The notes below the pieces were generated by a model, which ran no database searches, had not been told where the DNA came from, and saw only the letters and a list, made by a program, of their open reading frames with translations. A stretch of DNA of 34,830 nt from Toensbergia leucococca (lineage: Eukaryota): assembly GCA_022813965.1 (NCBI GenBank), contig JALDZS010000015.1, forward strand, positions 186,001 to 220,830. The letters are read 5' to 3'. Below, one piece after another: positions 24,004-33,915 of the stretch. The position numbers were made by a program, and so were the translations under genes. Every line of letters starts with the position of its first letter. Within the stretch, counting starts at the first letter, position 1.

Positions 24004-24200
24004 TGTACGTAGTGTCAAGTCATTGTAGTCTTGGAGTATAAGTACCATGAACTTATTGTAATCCTGTCAGGTTGATACATACTCTGAATTGTAATTTCTG
24101 ATATAGGTAGGTATCCTTGTGACTATTCAGGTACCGTCAAAAAGATTACACGTACGAAGAATTCTAACAGAACCTTCAAAGAGCTATGTCAACGTGAAAG

Positions 24201-24297
24201 GCAATTACTATTCCGACACCGCCTTTCACAACCTGTACCTTAAGGGGTGAGGCAGGAATGTCAATGTAGCAAAAGGGGGTGTCAGAATAGCAATTGC
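24201..24297. mobile_element. Miniature inverted-repeat element (26-bp arms, 23/26 matching, 45-bp spacer)
   Basis: gcaattactattccgacaccgccttt ... aaagggggtgtcagaatagcaattgc; same GACACCCCC/GGGGGTGTC core as the 18.7-19.3 kb element. Confidence 0.7.
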
Positions 24298-24599
24298 ATG
24301 TTTTTTTAATTGTGAAGTCTCTTCATACTTGTGAAGTCTTAGAAACCTATTTCACCTTCTCTTTCTTCAACTAATTCAGAACGAGAGATTGTTTGGGGAA
24401 TACCTGATGGACGAAGTCACTTTCCGGACCCAGCGCATTCTTGCCTTATTTCCATCTTATTTTTTTATCCACACTGACAGAACTCCACGTTCTTTACAGT
24501 TCCGTTTGACCTGTCGTTGCTCGAAAGGGAGTGGTTGAGACTTTTTCGCCTATGACTTCCTGGAGACCTTCAACGAGGCGAACGAAGGATAAGGATTGC

Positions 24600-25670
24600 G
24601 GCGTTGTTTGAGTACTTTCAGTGTTGGCCGTCGTGGTTGCTTTTCAAGGATTGAAGATGTGCTTTTTGGGGGCTTTTAGTGGTGCCTTTGCGGTTGTCTT
24701 TTTGGGTATGCTTTTATTCCTTGTCTGTTGTTCCCGCTTTCGATACTTTAGCCCTTGTGAGTTGCGGTCGAGGGTTGATTCTTTGAGTTTGGTTGACGTT
24801 TGGGGTATGTCTGCGGGCGTTGAGCTTTTCTTCTCATATTTTCTGAGTATTGACAGAGCAGGCAGTTACACACTGTTCACCAAGGTTTGAGAGACGAATC
24901 GTGGTGGTCCCGCCGGGATTGATCAATACCTGAATATTGGAGCGAAGAAACTTCTCCGATGACTTTCTCAAGCTTGTCGAAATACAAAATGAAGGATGAA
25001 ATATTAATTACCCTACGCACGTTCCCTGCAAACACATTCGTGTTTACGGTGCCTGAAAGGGAGGGTTGGAGTCTACTCACCGGTGACTTTCTCGAGCTTG
25101 TCGAAATCGAAGGAAAAGCCTCTATTTAACGATCCGATTCTCAAAAAAGTGGAGCACTATTTCAATATCCAGAGGCGAATTACCAACCTCGATCTCAACG
25201 AGGGGGGCGCATCCCTGGATAGATTACTGCAAGAGCCGCGCTCCGACAAAGGGTCAGCGTAGTGGAGCAAAAGGGTTCAAGCTCGATGGACAAAGCGCAT
25301 TGCGCCGCTGTTTGGGAGAGGAAGAAAAACGTTGAAAGCACAGTCAAAGACTCTGCAAGAAGAACACGAAGCCTTGAAAGCTCAAGGCATTATCCGGCAT
25401 GTGGACGAGACCGATGATCGGGAACACCTCATTCCTCGTCGTTGCTGTTGTGGCTGCTTTGGGGGATTCAAGATGTGCTTTTCCGAGTCTTTTTTTGCTG
25501 GATGCTGCCCCTTTCTGTTGTCCCTTTTTTTTGTTGGAGGGCGGTGGGATTGGGTTGGGATGTTGATCGATGGGGATTTTTTCCTGGGGGGGCTTTGGAT
25601 GTGAAGTCAGTTGTTCTAGTGGGTCATGTTGCAAAAGGCAGGCCCTTATCTGGCCTTTGCGCATAATCCT
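24600..25670. pseudogene. Decayed coding/repeat-derived relics with stops and frameshifts
   Basis: Two diverged copies of a minus-strand Lys/Pro-rich fragment (24621-24670, 25438-25487). A direct repeat of about 28 bp (tgactttctcRagcttgtcgaaat near 24960 and 25085). A stop-interrupted protein-like plus frame (..KPLFNDPILKKVEHYFNIQRRITNLDL..GSA*WSKRVQARW). Confidence 0.4.
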
Positions 25671-25808
25671 TCAATTTGCGTTTTGCTTCGGTATGTGTCA
25701 CATAGGGAGTTACCTGTGTATTGAGTGGTTATCCCACTGAAAGTTGTTATTGACGAGAGAGCTTTGAAGAACTATCTTTGTATGAAAGGCTCATTTGATG
25801 GAGGCTAC

Positions 25809-26029
25809 TGACGCCCCTTTTTTGATCAAGTTGATGTGTAATCTGAAGGAAAACGTATTTTTGTTCAATAAACAAGAATGAGACATCTCATAACATATTC
25901 ATGCTTAGAAAAACATTTTATTTTGCACAGCAGAGTATGTGTTACATGGAACATGTTTTCTCTAAAATGGGACATTGCTTTTTACGGAACAAGACACGTT
26001 TCCCTCGATAGGGGGCGTCAATGTATCAA
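25809..26029. mobile_element. Degenerate inverted-motif element (tgacgccccct ... agggggcgtca, AT-rich spacer of about 190 bp)
   Basis: Perfect 11-bp inverted repeat at 25809-25819 / 26010-26020. The right end agggggcgtcaatgtatcaa matches 19306-19325 agggggtgtccatgtatcaa at 18/20. Confidence 0.6.
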
Positions 26030-26189
26030 GAAAGGGATATTTCTAGTTGAATCAAGTCTTGGGCGCGGGTATCTCAAAAGCACAATCCCAATTCCTACTG
26101 TCCAAACGCCATTTCATCTCTGCCCACAGACCGCGACACATCCAATCCCATTCACCTCATTACCCTAGGTACCCCTAATCCCAAGCCCC

Positions 26190-27449
26190 TCAAAAAACAT
26201 CCGCATCCCCTCCCCCAGCCGCCACCGCCGCACCAGCAGTAGCAACCCCGTCCCCCCCACCCACACTCTCCCTCGCCGCGACCTCCTCCTCAACGAAACA
26301 CCCCAGCCCCGCAAACGCTTCCAGCATAGTTCGGGCATAGTATTCCCGTACGTCATAGCCGCCCGCCGTGATCTTGGGGTCCGTCTGCGCTTTTTCGAGC
26401 CAGGGGTTTTCATAGCTGGGGCGGAGGGTGTAGTATATGCGGTCGTGGGTGGCGCCGTCGAAGGGGTCGTAAGGTTTTTCGGGGACAGGAGCGATGATGG
26501 GTTTGAGGCCGTGGATTAGAAAGGGGGTGGTGGGGTTTGATGTGGAGGTTTGGGTTGCGGGGTTGTTTTGGTGCGGGTGAGGGTTTGATGGATGTTGGGG
26601 CAGTTGTTGGTGGGCCTTCTCTGCGGCGGTACGGCGGGCAGCAGGGGCTTTTAATCTGACTTTTTGTTGGCCTTGACGGGCGATGGTTTCGGCGTTTCCG
26701 GTGCTGTCTGAGGCTATGAGGTCGATGATTTCGCGCTTTCCTTGTTCGCGTTCACGCTTCTCGTCTTCTTCTTCTTGGCGGGCGGCTTGGCGGCGGAGCT
26801 TTGCGCGTTCTTTTTCGGCGGCGTGGGAGGCGGCTTGTGACGCTGTTTCTTGGGCGGAGAGTTGGGCGTTGTGGGAGATTGAGGGGGCGTTTTGGAGGGC
26901 GTACGTTGTGAGGGCTTGTTCGGTTGTGGTAAGATTAGTGTTGTGGAGGAGGTTAAAGGTTAGTGTTTCGACTTCTTCGAGGTAGTTATTGTAGGCGAGG
27001 AGGGTGGTGAATTCGGAGGGGCGGCGGTTCATGCTAAGAGGTAAACGGCAGGGGTTAGTTTTCCTTGGTCGGGGTTGCAAGAAGAAGGGTGGGGGAAAAC
27101 ATACGTTTGAGCGACTCGTCGCCGGATGTCGACTTCGCGCTCTACTTGGATGTCTTCGAAAGTTTGCTTGCGGAAACGCTGCTTGCGCAGGGTGCGAGCA
27201 CAGCCGGCGACTGGGCAAGGGGCGGGACCTTGGGAGAAGATGCGGTCGACGCAGGACTCGCACATCTTGTGGTAGCATTCAGGGTTCACGAGGAAGCGCA
27301 TGTTCGGGTTGAGGTAGCGGGAGGATTTGCAAACGGGGCAGATGTCTAGAGGGTGGATGAGTTAGCGAGTGTAAGGGTGAGTGTGAGCTGGGGCGCAGCT
27401 TACCGTCTTCTTCGCCTGGTCGGCGGGGGGCGGTGGTAGGACGTGACAT
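26190..27449 (-). CDS. TFB3: TFIIH/CAK assembly factor Tfb3/MAT1 (RING finger); exons 27449-27404, 27345-27105, 27033-26190
   Basis: Spliced product MSRPTTAPRRPGEEDDICPVCKSSRYLNPNMRFLVNPECYHKMCESCVDRIFSQGPAPCPVAGC..FEDIQVEREVDIRRRVAQTMNRR..YNNYLEEVE..AGGYDVREYYARTMLEAFAGLG is a canonical MAT1. Introns gtaagc..tag and gtatgt..tag. Confidence 0.95.
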
Positions 27450-27696
27450 GATGGGGGTGGAGGGAGGTTTGTTGTCAAACAAAAGTAAATCCTTGAATGC
27501 TATGATTATTAAGTAGTTCCTCGTAGCATTTGGGTTGAAAAGAAATCCATAGGGTTGACATAGCAGTATTTCAGGCCGTGTTCTATTTCGCTACCTATGT
27601 ACGGATACCGTAGCTCGATCGTTAGGCGTAAAGTTTCCTTGCAGTGAATCTTTTGAATGAACTTGTGACACAAATTACCCCTCGGATCAATACAAA
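27450..27696. promoter_or_regulatory. Compact (247 bp) divergent promoter region shared by TFB3 and the Bud27/URI-like gene
   Basis: Head-to-head start codons at 27449 (-) and 27697 (+). Confidence 0.6.
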
Positions 27697-29899
27697 ATGG
27701 CAGAAATGAAGCAGAGCTCTGCGGATCTAGACATCTATCGAGTGAAACTTGAGGAGTTTGTGGATATATCTCGACTCTTGTTGCAATATTGGCAGACTTG
27801 GGAGGCTGAATATGATGGATTCAAAGAAGAAATACTTGGTCTGGGAGAGCATCACACAGATGCCGAGTTGGTACCTAGATAGACTGACATTCTGCTTATC
27901 TAGGTACAGCAACAAGGCTAATATACTCGACTAGGAAGAAGTTGGCAAGGAGTTCGGTGGTACCCATTTGAACGAGAAGGGTATAACTATCTACATAATA
28001 CGTTGCAGGTATTGTGCTGAGGTTTTGAAGAGATTCAATTACTCCTAGTCAACGACAAAGGGGATCTACGTGATAGCCAGCAGATAGTTGGACTGATCTC
28101 TAGGCGAATTGATTGTGAGACCATGACTCGTGTCCTTGGTCTGAGGCTCATTGCATAGACGTCCAGGATAACGTCAAAGCCGTTAAAAAGCGACTAGATA
28201 CAGCTGAAGAGGAGCTCAAGGCTTCTTTCATCCCTCCTCTGCAAGAATCTATGGATGAACGCAGACTCCCGGTGACAGAAATTCGAGAAGAACTCGATGA
28301 AAACGACAAGGTAATCTGTATGTGAACCCTGCTCACCAATATGATTCTCTCATAACTTTGTCCATTAAAGCTAGCTCTACATCGACTCCTAGCAATGCTA
28401 CTCCCCAGATCGTGGAAGCTTTACACAAAGCCGGTATCAAGGATCTCCGAGAACCTCGAGAACGAGATTTACCAAACAGTCAACCTACGAATCACGTAGT
28501 TGGAGATCTCGATAAGGTGTCAGAGGTACAGCAAGATAGTGTACCCACAATAAAGGTTCCCGACATAGACGAAGCTAATAGACTCAATTCTGTGCTCAAA
28601 ACCTCCGCCACTAAGAGCCCGAAGCGGCCAGGGTCAGGTCGGAAGAAGAGCGTCAGTTTCGCTGAGGGTACGAAGGAAGTAGATGCAAGCACCTCAGAAT
28701 CTCATTCTTTTGCAAAACTCCTAAACAGAGGCCGCCCAGATGCTAAGGCAGCTACGTTTCCGAATTATGAGAATTTCAATCATGATCTGTGGCCGGTAAA
28801 TGGAGAAGACGATTCTGATAATGAACCGTTCTCACCAATCATCCCAACAGACGAATCGCCCGACGATGCTGCCTTACGGCGGGAGATGCTTCAATATAAC
28901 ATGACCGAAATTGGAGCTATTGTAGCTCAGATTGATCTCGATGATGAAGATGATGATTCCAGTCATACCACTTTCTCGGACGATGAAGACGACGGAAGTA
29001 AAATGGGTTCTGAAGAAGAGGAAGACAATTTTGGGAGGACGAGGCAACGCGTATTGGATGATAATTACCGGAGGAAAATGCTGGAGCTAGAAAAGAAACT
29101 AAACGCCACTGCGATCGAACACGTTGGACCACATCTAGACGTTGTTGAACTAAACGTCGCAAAAAATAACGGAGTGCAAAATAGTTCTCTTCATGAAACC
29201 TCAGCTTCGCAAGGCACCAAGGAAGTCCGCTTTGCAGATGGACTTGATATTCAAAATTTACATCCTACCAACCAGAGTGAACTAGCCGCCGCTGGATCAG
29301 TCCCTATACCACAACCGATTCGTGAAGCTGTCGTCGAGCGGGTAGCTACAAGTAGTGTCGTATCTGAACCTCCAAGGAAGAAGGTCTCTCGATTTAAGAG
29401 CTCTCGCAACGGAGGGTCCTCTGGCAGTCGCAAGGACGACCAGAGCATTGACTTTTCACAGAGTTTCACTATAACTGAATCTCCCAGTGGCAACAGTCCG
29501 GAAACCACGAGACCAAAAGTCGACTTCTCCCACATTACCAGCCTACCTACAGCATTAGAAACTAAGTCTTCTTCAAAGCCTGTGACCTTTGTTGGCGAAG
29601 CGCGCGTGCGCAAAGTCCCCGAGGGACCACCCGGGCGAACGCACTCAGACATTGTCTTAGAGCGGCCCTACGAGAACATCGAATCAAACGCCCAAGAGCC
29701 AGACGATCTCGACGCATCCTTGATCCACCAAGAAATAGCCACAGAATACCACCGCATGCGCAACCGAATCATCCAACGTCAAGGCGGCTTCTCAGCCCCT
29801 GAGGAAGAAGCCGAACAGCCTACACACCCCGAGAGAGATGGCGAAGGTCCGAAGATAAGTAGGTTCAAGGCCGCTAGGCTAGCTAGGTCGGGCAAGTAA
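27697..29899 (+). CDS. Bud27/URI-like unconventional prefoldin (prefoldin N-terminus, DUF3835-type C-terminus); exons 27697-27870, 27935-27980, 28031-28114, 28159-28317, 28371-29899
   Basis: YWQTWEAEYDGFKEEI, ISRRIDYVQDNVKAVKKRL, LPVTEIREELDEND, KKSVSFAEGTK, ESPDDAALRREMLQYNM, an acidic tract, EIATEYHRMRNRIIQRQGGF and terminal KISRFKAARL. Four GT-AG introns keep the frame. Confidence 0.82.
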
Positions 29900-30252
29900 A
29901 ACAGATAACCATTCGTAATAAATATGGCTAAAGTCCCTACCTATCCACCATCAATCATACTGACAGTATCGTGCAAGATTGGTAATACAACGCAAATACA
30001 TCATCCTCACCAAATCCAAGCACGGCGGAATAAAGTTGCCCCACGCCTTCTAGGCGTGAGAATAAAATGGAAGGCAGTTCTTCATCCCACCCTGCCTTCT
30101 CCATCTACGCGGGTATGCATGTTCCAAGATCACATCAATGGTGGGCTCTCTGAGGCTGTGTCCGGTTCGCTCAAGACATGGCTATTCCGTTTCACCCTCC
30201 ACATTCTTAGTCCGAGATAGCTTGAGCAAACTTAGTAAAGGGGGGAGGGGGT

Positions 30253-31380
30253 TGTATCAGTTTTTTTTTTTTTGGTTGGTTCATCCATTCTCCTGACGAT
30301 TTTCTCGACTATGGTTTTGAGGTTCTTTCTTAGACGGATGGGACGGCTTGATCTCCTTCTGTTTTTGCGCCACGTGCAGGTGGCCTGCCTCGGCTGAGAC
30401 CATTTTACGGTAAATAATTAGTAATTACTCTGTAATGAAATTCAAGAACATTCTCATTGACTCTGCAAAAATTCGAGCAGTAATTTAGTGATGATGTAAT
30501 AAAAAAATTGAGGAGAATGTTTCTCACAGATTAGACATTGAACTCTGTTTTTTGTAATTATAGAATGCTGTTTCTAGTGTCACACTATGCTATCCATCAC
30601 TTTTAAAACAGCTTTTTATAAAAATAAAAAGGGCAGACAATACACAGTAAAGATGAAAGAAATCTAGACAATAATGACATGATGTTTTTGTTTTGAAAAG
30701 CAAACTTTGCTTGATGGCACGCAGTATTCTAGATAGAGGTGCAAGAACCAAAGACCAAAATATGGTGCAAAATCATGATGGTTTTTCTGAGCAAAACCTT
30801 GCTTTTGGAATGACATGCAATAGTAGAGAAGCTAGATGGCACACAATGGACAGTATTAAAATAAGACACGCAATAGAGAAGCTAGACAACACACAACAAA
30901 CAAGTCAAAACACCACCCCAAACAAAAAAAAGTTACTTAAAAGGCGCGCAACCTACAACGAAAGAAAACAAACGCCAAAACTTGAAAACATCTGCCATAA
31001 CTCAGCTGCAACACCATCAACCTTCTTCTCAAATGGCTACTCTCACCGACTCACTCACTAAACCCACACATACTAAAATCAACAATGAACACAATCTCCA
31101 CCACAGTCACTTTCCTGCATACCAATTCAACAATTCAACAGCTCATATCAACAAAATTCTTACATCAAGTATTGAAGAAATTCACAGAAACAACAGGAGT
31201 TTACTACCTAAAAGTAATTTCAAATCCACTTAACCAAAAGAGGACACACACAGTAAACCATCCTATTCCAATTGTCTCTGAGTTCAAACAAAAACGCACC
31301 GGATGAATCTGTTACAAAACAGAATAGGATAGAAACATCAATGTTCGTATAGAAAGAAGCAAAAAAAAAAAACATATACA
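30253..31380. mobile_element. AT-rich, CpG-poor transposon-like relic bounded by an imperfect inverted repeat containing T13/A12 runs
   Basis: Left tgtatcag(T)13ggttggttc..tgacgattttctcgactatggttttg versus reverse complement of right tgtatatg(T)12gcttctttc..tgatgtttctatcctattctgttttg. Internal 29-bp direct repeat at 30824-30852 / 30874-30902. Confidence 0.45.
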
Positions 31381-31504
31381 GTCTCAATTCCTCGCTTTGA
31401 CAGCCTCATACAGGCCGTCACCGTAGAAATAAAACGGACCCCCAAAACTCCAGGAGATGCACGCTAAGGACAAGGACTCATTCATGGCACCCGTCAGTTT
31501 TCGT

Positions 31505-32521
31505 CTACACCTCCCCATGCCTAAAGGGTTCGTAAGCCGTGGCTCCTTGGGGTCCCATATTGCCCATTTGCCACCCCTGCTGGGGGCCCGGATGCGTCGC
31601 TGCGGCATCTCGATTCCCATTGGCGCTCTGTCCCATCAATGGACTCTCGACCCTCTCGTATGTATACGGCGTCTTCTGGGCTCGCATGCCCTTCCTTCCC
31701 GAGCCATCTCCATAGCCCTTCATCCGGTCACTGCGTCCGGAACAGCAGCACGAGCTCAGCAGCCAGAACAGGCCCGCGGCCCAGGAAAAGGCGACGGCGA
31801 GCCAGACGACGACGTACATGCTGTGACCGAGGGAGCCGTGGATGTTGTATTTTTCGAGGGCCGAGTTGAAGGAGCCCATGAGTGTGGCGTAGAGGATTGT
31901 AGACGTGAGGGCAAAAGCCATGATGAACAGGTTGCTGATGCCGGAGATGATGGAGGTGGCGAGGCTGCCCCAGCGGCTGAAGAGGGCGGTGATGCCGATG
32001 AGAATTTCGAGGACCAGGCTGATTACGGTGACGACGTAGGCGATGAACATCCATTTGCTGGCCGTGTGGTAGGCGTCGAGGCCATCTTTGAGCTCGGAGC
32101 TGAAGAGATTTTCCACGCCCGTGTTGTTCAGTCCCCAGACTTGCACGGGGTTGAACCAGAACTCCGACGTGCGGGGAGAGCAGTAGGTTACCTTGTCGGT
32201 GGTGTTGGCGCCAGTGGTGGCGAAGTCGCCCGAGCAGTAATTCCATAGGGAGACGGTGTAGAAGTCTTTGATGCCGAGAGCGGTGGTGGTTGCGGAGGTG
32301 GTGTCGTTGATTAATTTGTCGGTGAGGGCGTTGGAGGGGAGGTCGAGGAGGGATGCGTTGATGGTGATGTCGGATGTGTTGGCTTTGAAGAAGTAGAGGT
32401 TGTTGAGCGTGGATGAGGATTTGTTCGTCCCGCCCATGCCGACGATTATGAGGCAAATTAAAGAGGCCAGGGTGAGGGCCATGGGCGTGAAGATACACGC
32501 GAAACGGCCTGCTTTACCCAT
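31505..32521 (-). CDS. SUR7/PalI family tetraspan plasma-membrane protein (Pun1-like), intronless
   Basis: N-terminal TM helix, claudin-like DFYTVSLWNYCSG...YCS..FWFNP, three further TM helices, CCCSG, and a tail ending AYEPFRH. Confidence 0.92.
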   Translation of the reverse strand: MGKAGRFACIFTPMALTLASLICLIIVGMGGTNKSSSTLNNLYFFKANTSDITINASLLDLPSNALTDKLINDTTSATTTALGIKDFYTVSLWNYCSGDFATTGANTTDKVTYCSPRTSEFWFNPVQVWGLNNTGVENLFSSELKDGLDAYHTASKWMFIAYVVTVISLVLEILIGITALFSRWGSLATSIISGISNLFIMAFALTSTILYATLMGSFNSALEKYNIHGSLGHSMYVVVWLAVAFSWAAGLFWLLSSCCCSGRSDRMKGYGDGSGRKGMRAQKTPYTYERVESPLMGQSANGNRDAAATHPGPQQGWQMGNMGPQGATAYEPFRHGEV

Positions 32522-33410
32522 GGTGAGGGTGGTCTGGATAGTGCGAGGTGAGGTGGGGGTAGATGTGTAAAGAGAGGGGGCGTTGGTAAACGAATGTGAT
32601 GTTTGTTAGTCACAAAGAAAACAAGGTCTTGTTATGGAGACGGGACTGGATTGACGAGAGATGTGTTGAAGGCTGAGAAATCACAAGAGTATGTGGGAAT
32701 ATATGTATATTGGTGCTGGCACGAAGTCGTTGGTAGGCGTAAATAGATGGATGGCAGTGCCACGACGCAAAGCGGTAAGGCTGCAAAGGCTGGGGGGCTA
32801 AGGCGGGGGCTAAGGCGTTCTCCTTTTTCTCGATTTGCCGATCGGCCCGTTGGTTTTCTATTCGTCGGTCTCTTCCCTCACCGTGGCTGAGGTCAAAGAC
32901 GACCTGTTCAAAGGCAGAGAGAGGAGGCTTTGAGCGCGTAGATACTGTGAATAATGTAGCGTTGGATAATGCATTTCTCGGAGTATTTTCTTTGTCAAAG
33001 TCGTTTTGCTGGAACGCCAAGAAAGCGGATAAGACGATCTTCGGGCCTCGCTTGCTAAGTATAGAATAGATGGGTGATAGGATACCTAGATCTAGGGCTA
33101 GCTCACGCCGGAGCTTTCAAGGCACTCTGTACTCGTACTCAAGATCAGGATCATTTTCTGGAATTCTAGTGTAGTCCCATCTAAGCATACTCATACGTAC
33201 TTTACCTACGAAATGTAAAATCAGCATCGCCAGAGCATCATAAGGCGTGCAGCTTCCGTTCGGTGAATATTGAGATCTTCGATATACCGCCGCGTCAGCC
33301 TGATGATGAAGCTTCAAAAAGCTACTAAATTTGACCCTACATCAACTAAAAACAAACGGTATAAATGAATTATTCTCTACGCTCTGGCTATGTCAAATGC
33401 AAAAGTAAAA

Positions 33411-33483
33411 TGATTACCGCAGGGATCGAACCTGCGACCTTTCCCGTGTAAAGGGAACGTCATAACCGCTAGACTAGGCAACC
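33411..33483 (-). tRNA. tRNA-Val(UAC): tRNA-Val, anticodon UAC, intronless, 73 nt
   Basis: Reverse complement GGTTGCC TA GTCTAGCGGTTATGAC G TTCCC TTTACAC GGGAA AGGTC GCAGG TTCGATC CCTGC GGTAATC A folds as a cloverleaf. A/B boxes are present and it is followed by a TTTTACTTTT Pol III terminator. Confidence 0.97.
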
Positions 33484-33915
33484 GTAATGATAGAATATTT
33501 CGCATCCCTGATTCAAATTCTTTGGGAAAATCAACCACTATTGTAAATAATAATTTTCAAATTTACTCATGACAATTGCTTGTTCAGCTAGCTAGCTTTT
33601 CTCTGGTCCACACATCCCGCCGCTCCACCATATATTTCCATTGATCTTACTCTTCCACAAAATGATTTCCCCTTTTTACTTAATTTCTTTAATACATACT
33701 GTCACGGTTCAAGATAGCTAAGATGACATTTCATTTATCTACAACCTTGATGATCGAGATAAAATATTGATAGAGTAGCTCTTTCTAGATTAGGGCTATA
33801 TCCAATTCCAATTCCCTACCCGAATATTTACTATGAAGCTAACCATGTGATGACTACAAAGTAATGCTTGACTAGAATATACAATGGAAGTAGACAACCG
33901 AAACCCGATAGAAAA

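Noticed and set aside
12928..26030. CRISPR-like repeat-spacer array
   Set aside because: The locus is eukaryotic, motif copies are inverted and kilobases apart, and there are no cas genes.
26165..27482. Several alternative-frame and antisense ORFs over TFB3, including the first ~80 aa of the 362-aa ORF
   Set aside because: Explained by the three-exon TFB3 model and high GC content.
31457..32498. Long overlapping ORFs (263 aa +, 256 aa -) over the SUR7/PalI gene
   Set aside because: Shadow ORFs caused by strong GC3 codon bias; low-complexity translations with no motifs.
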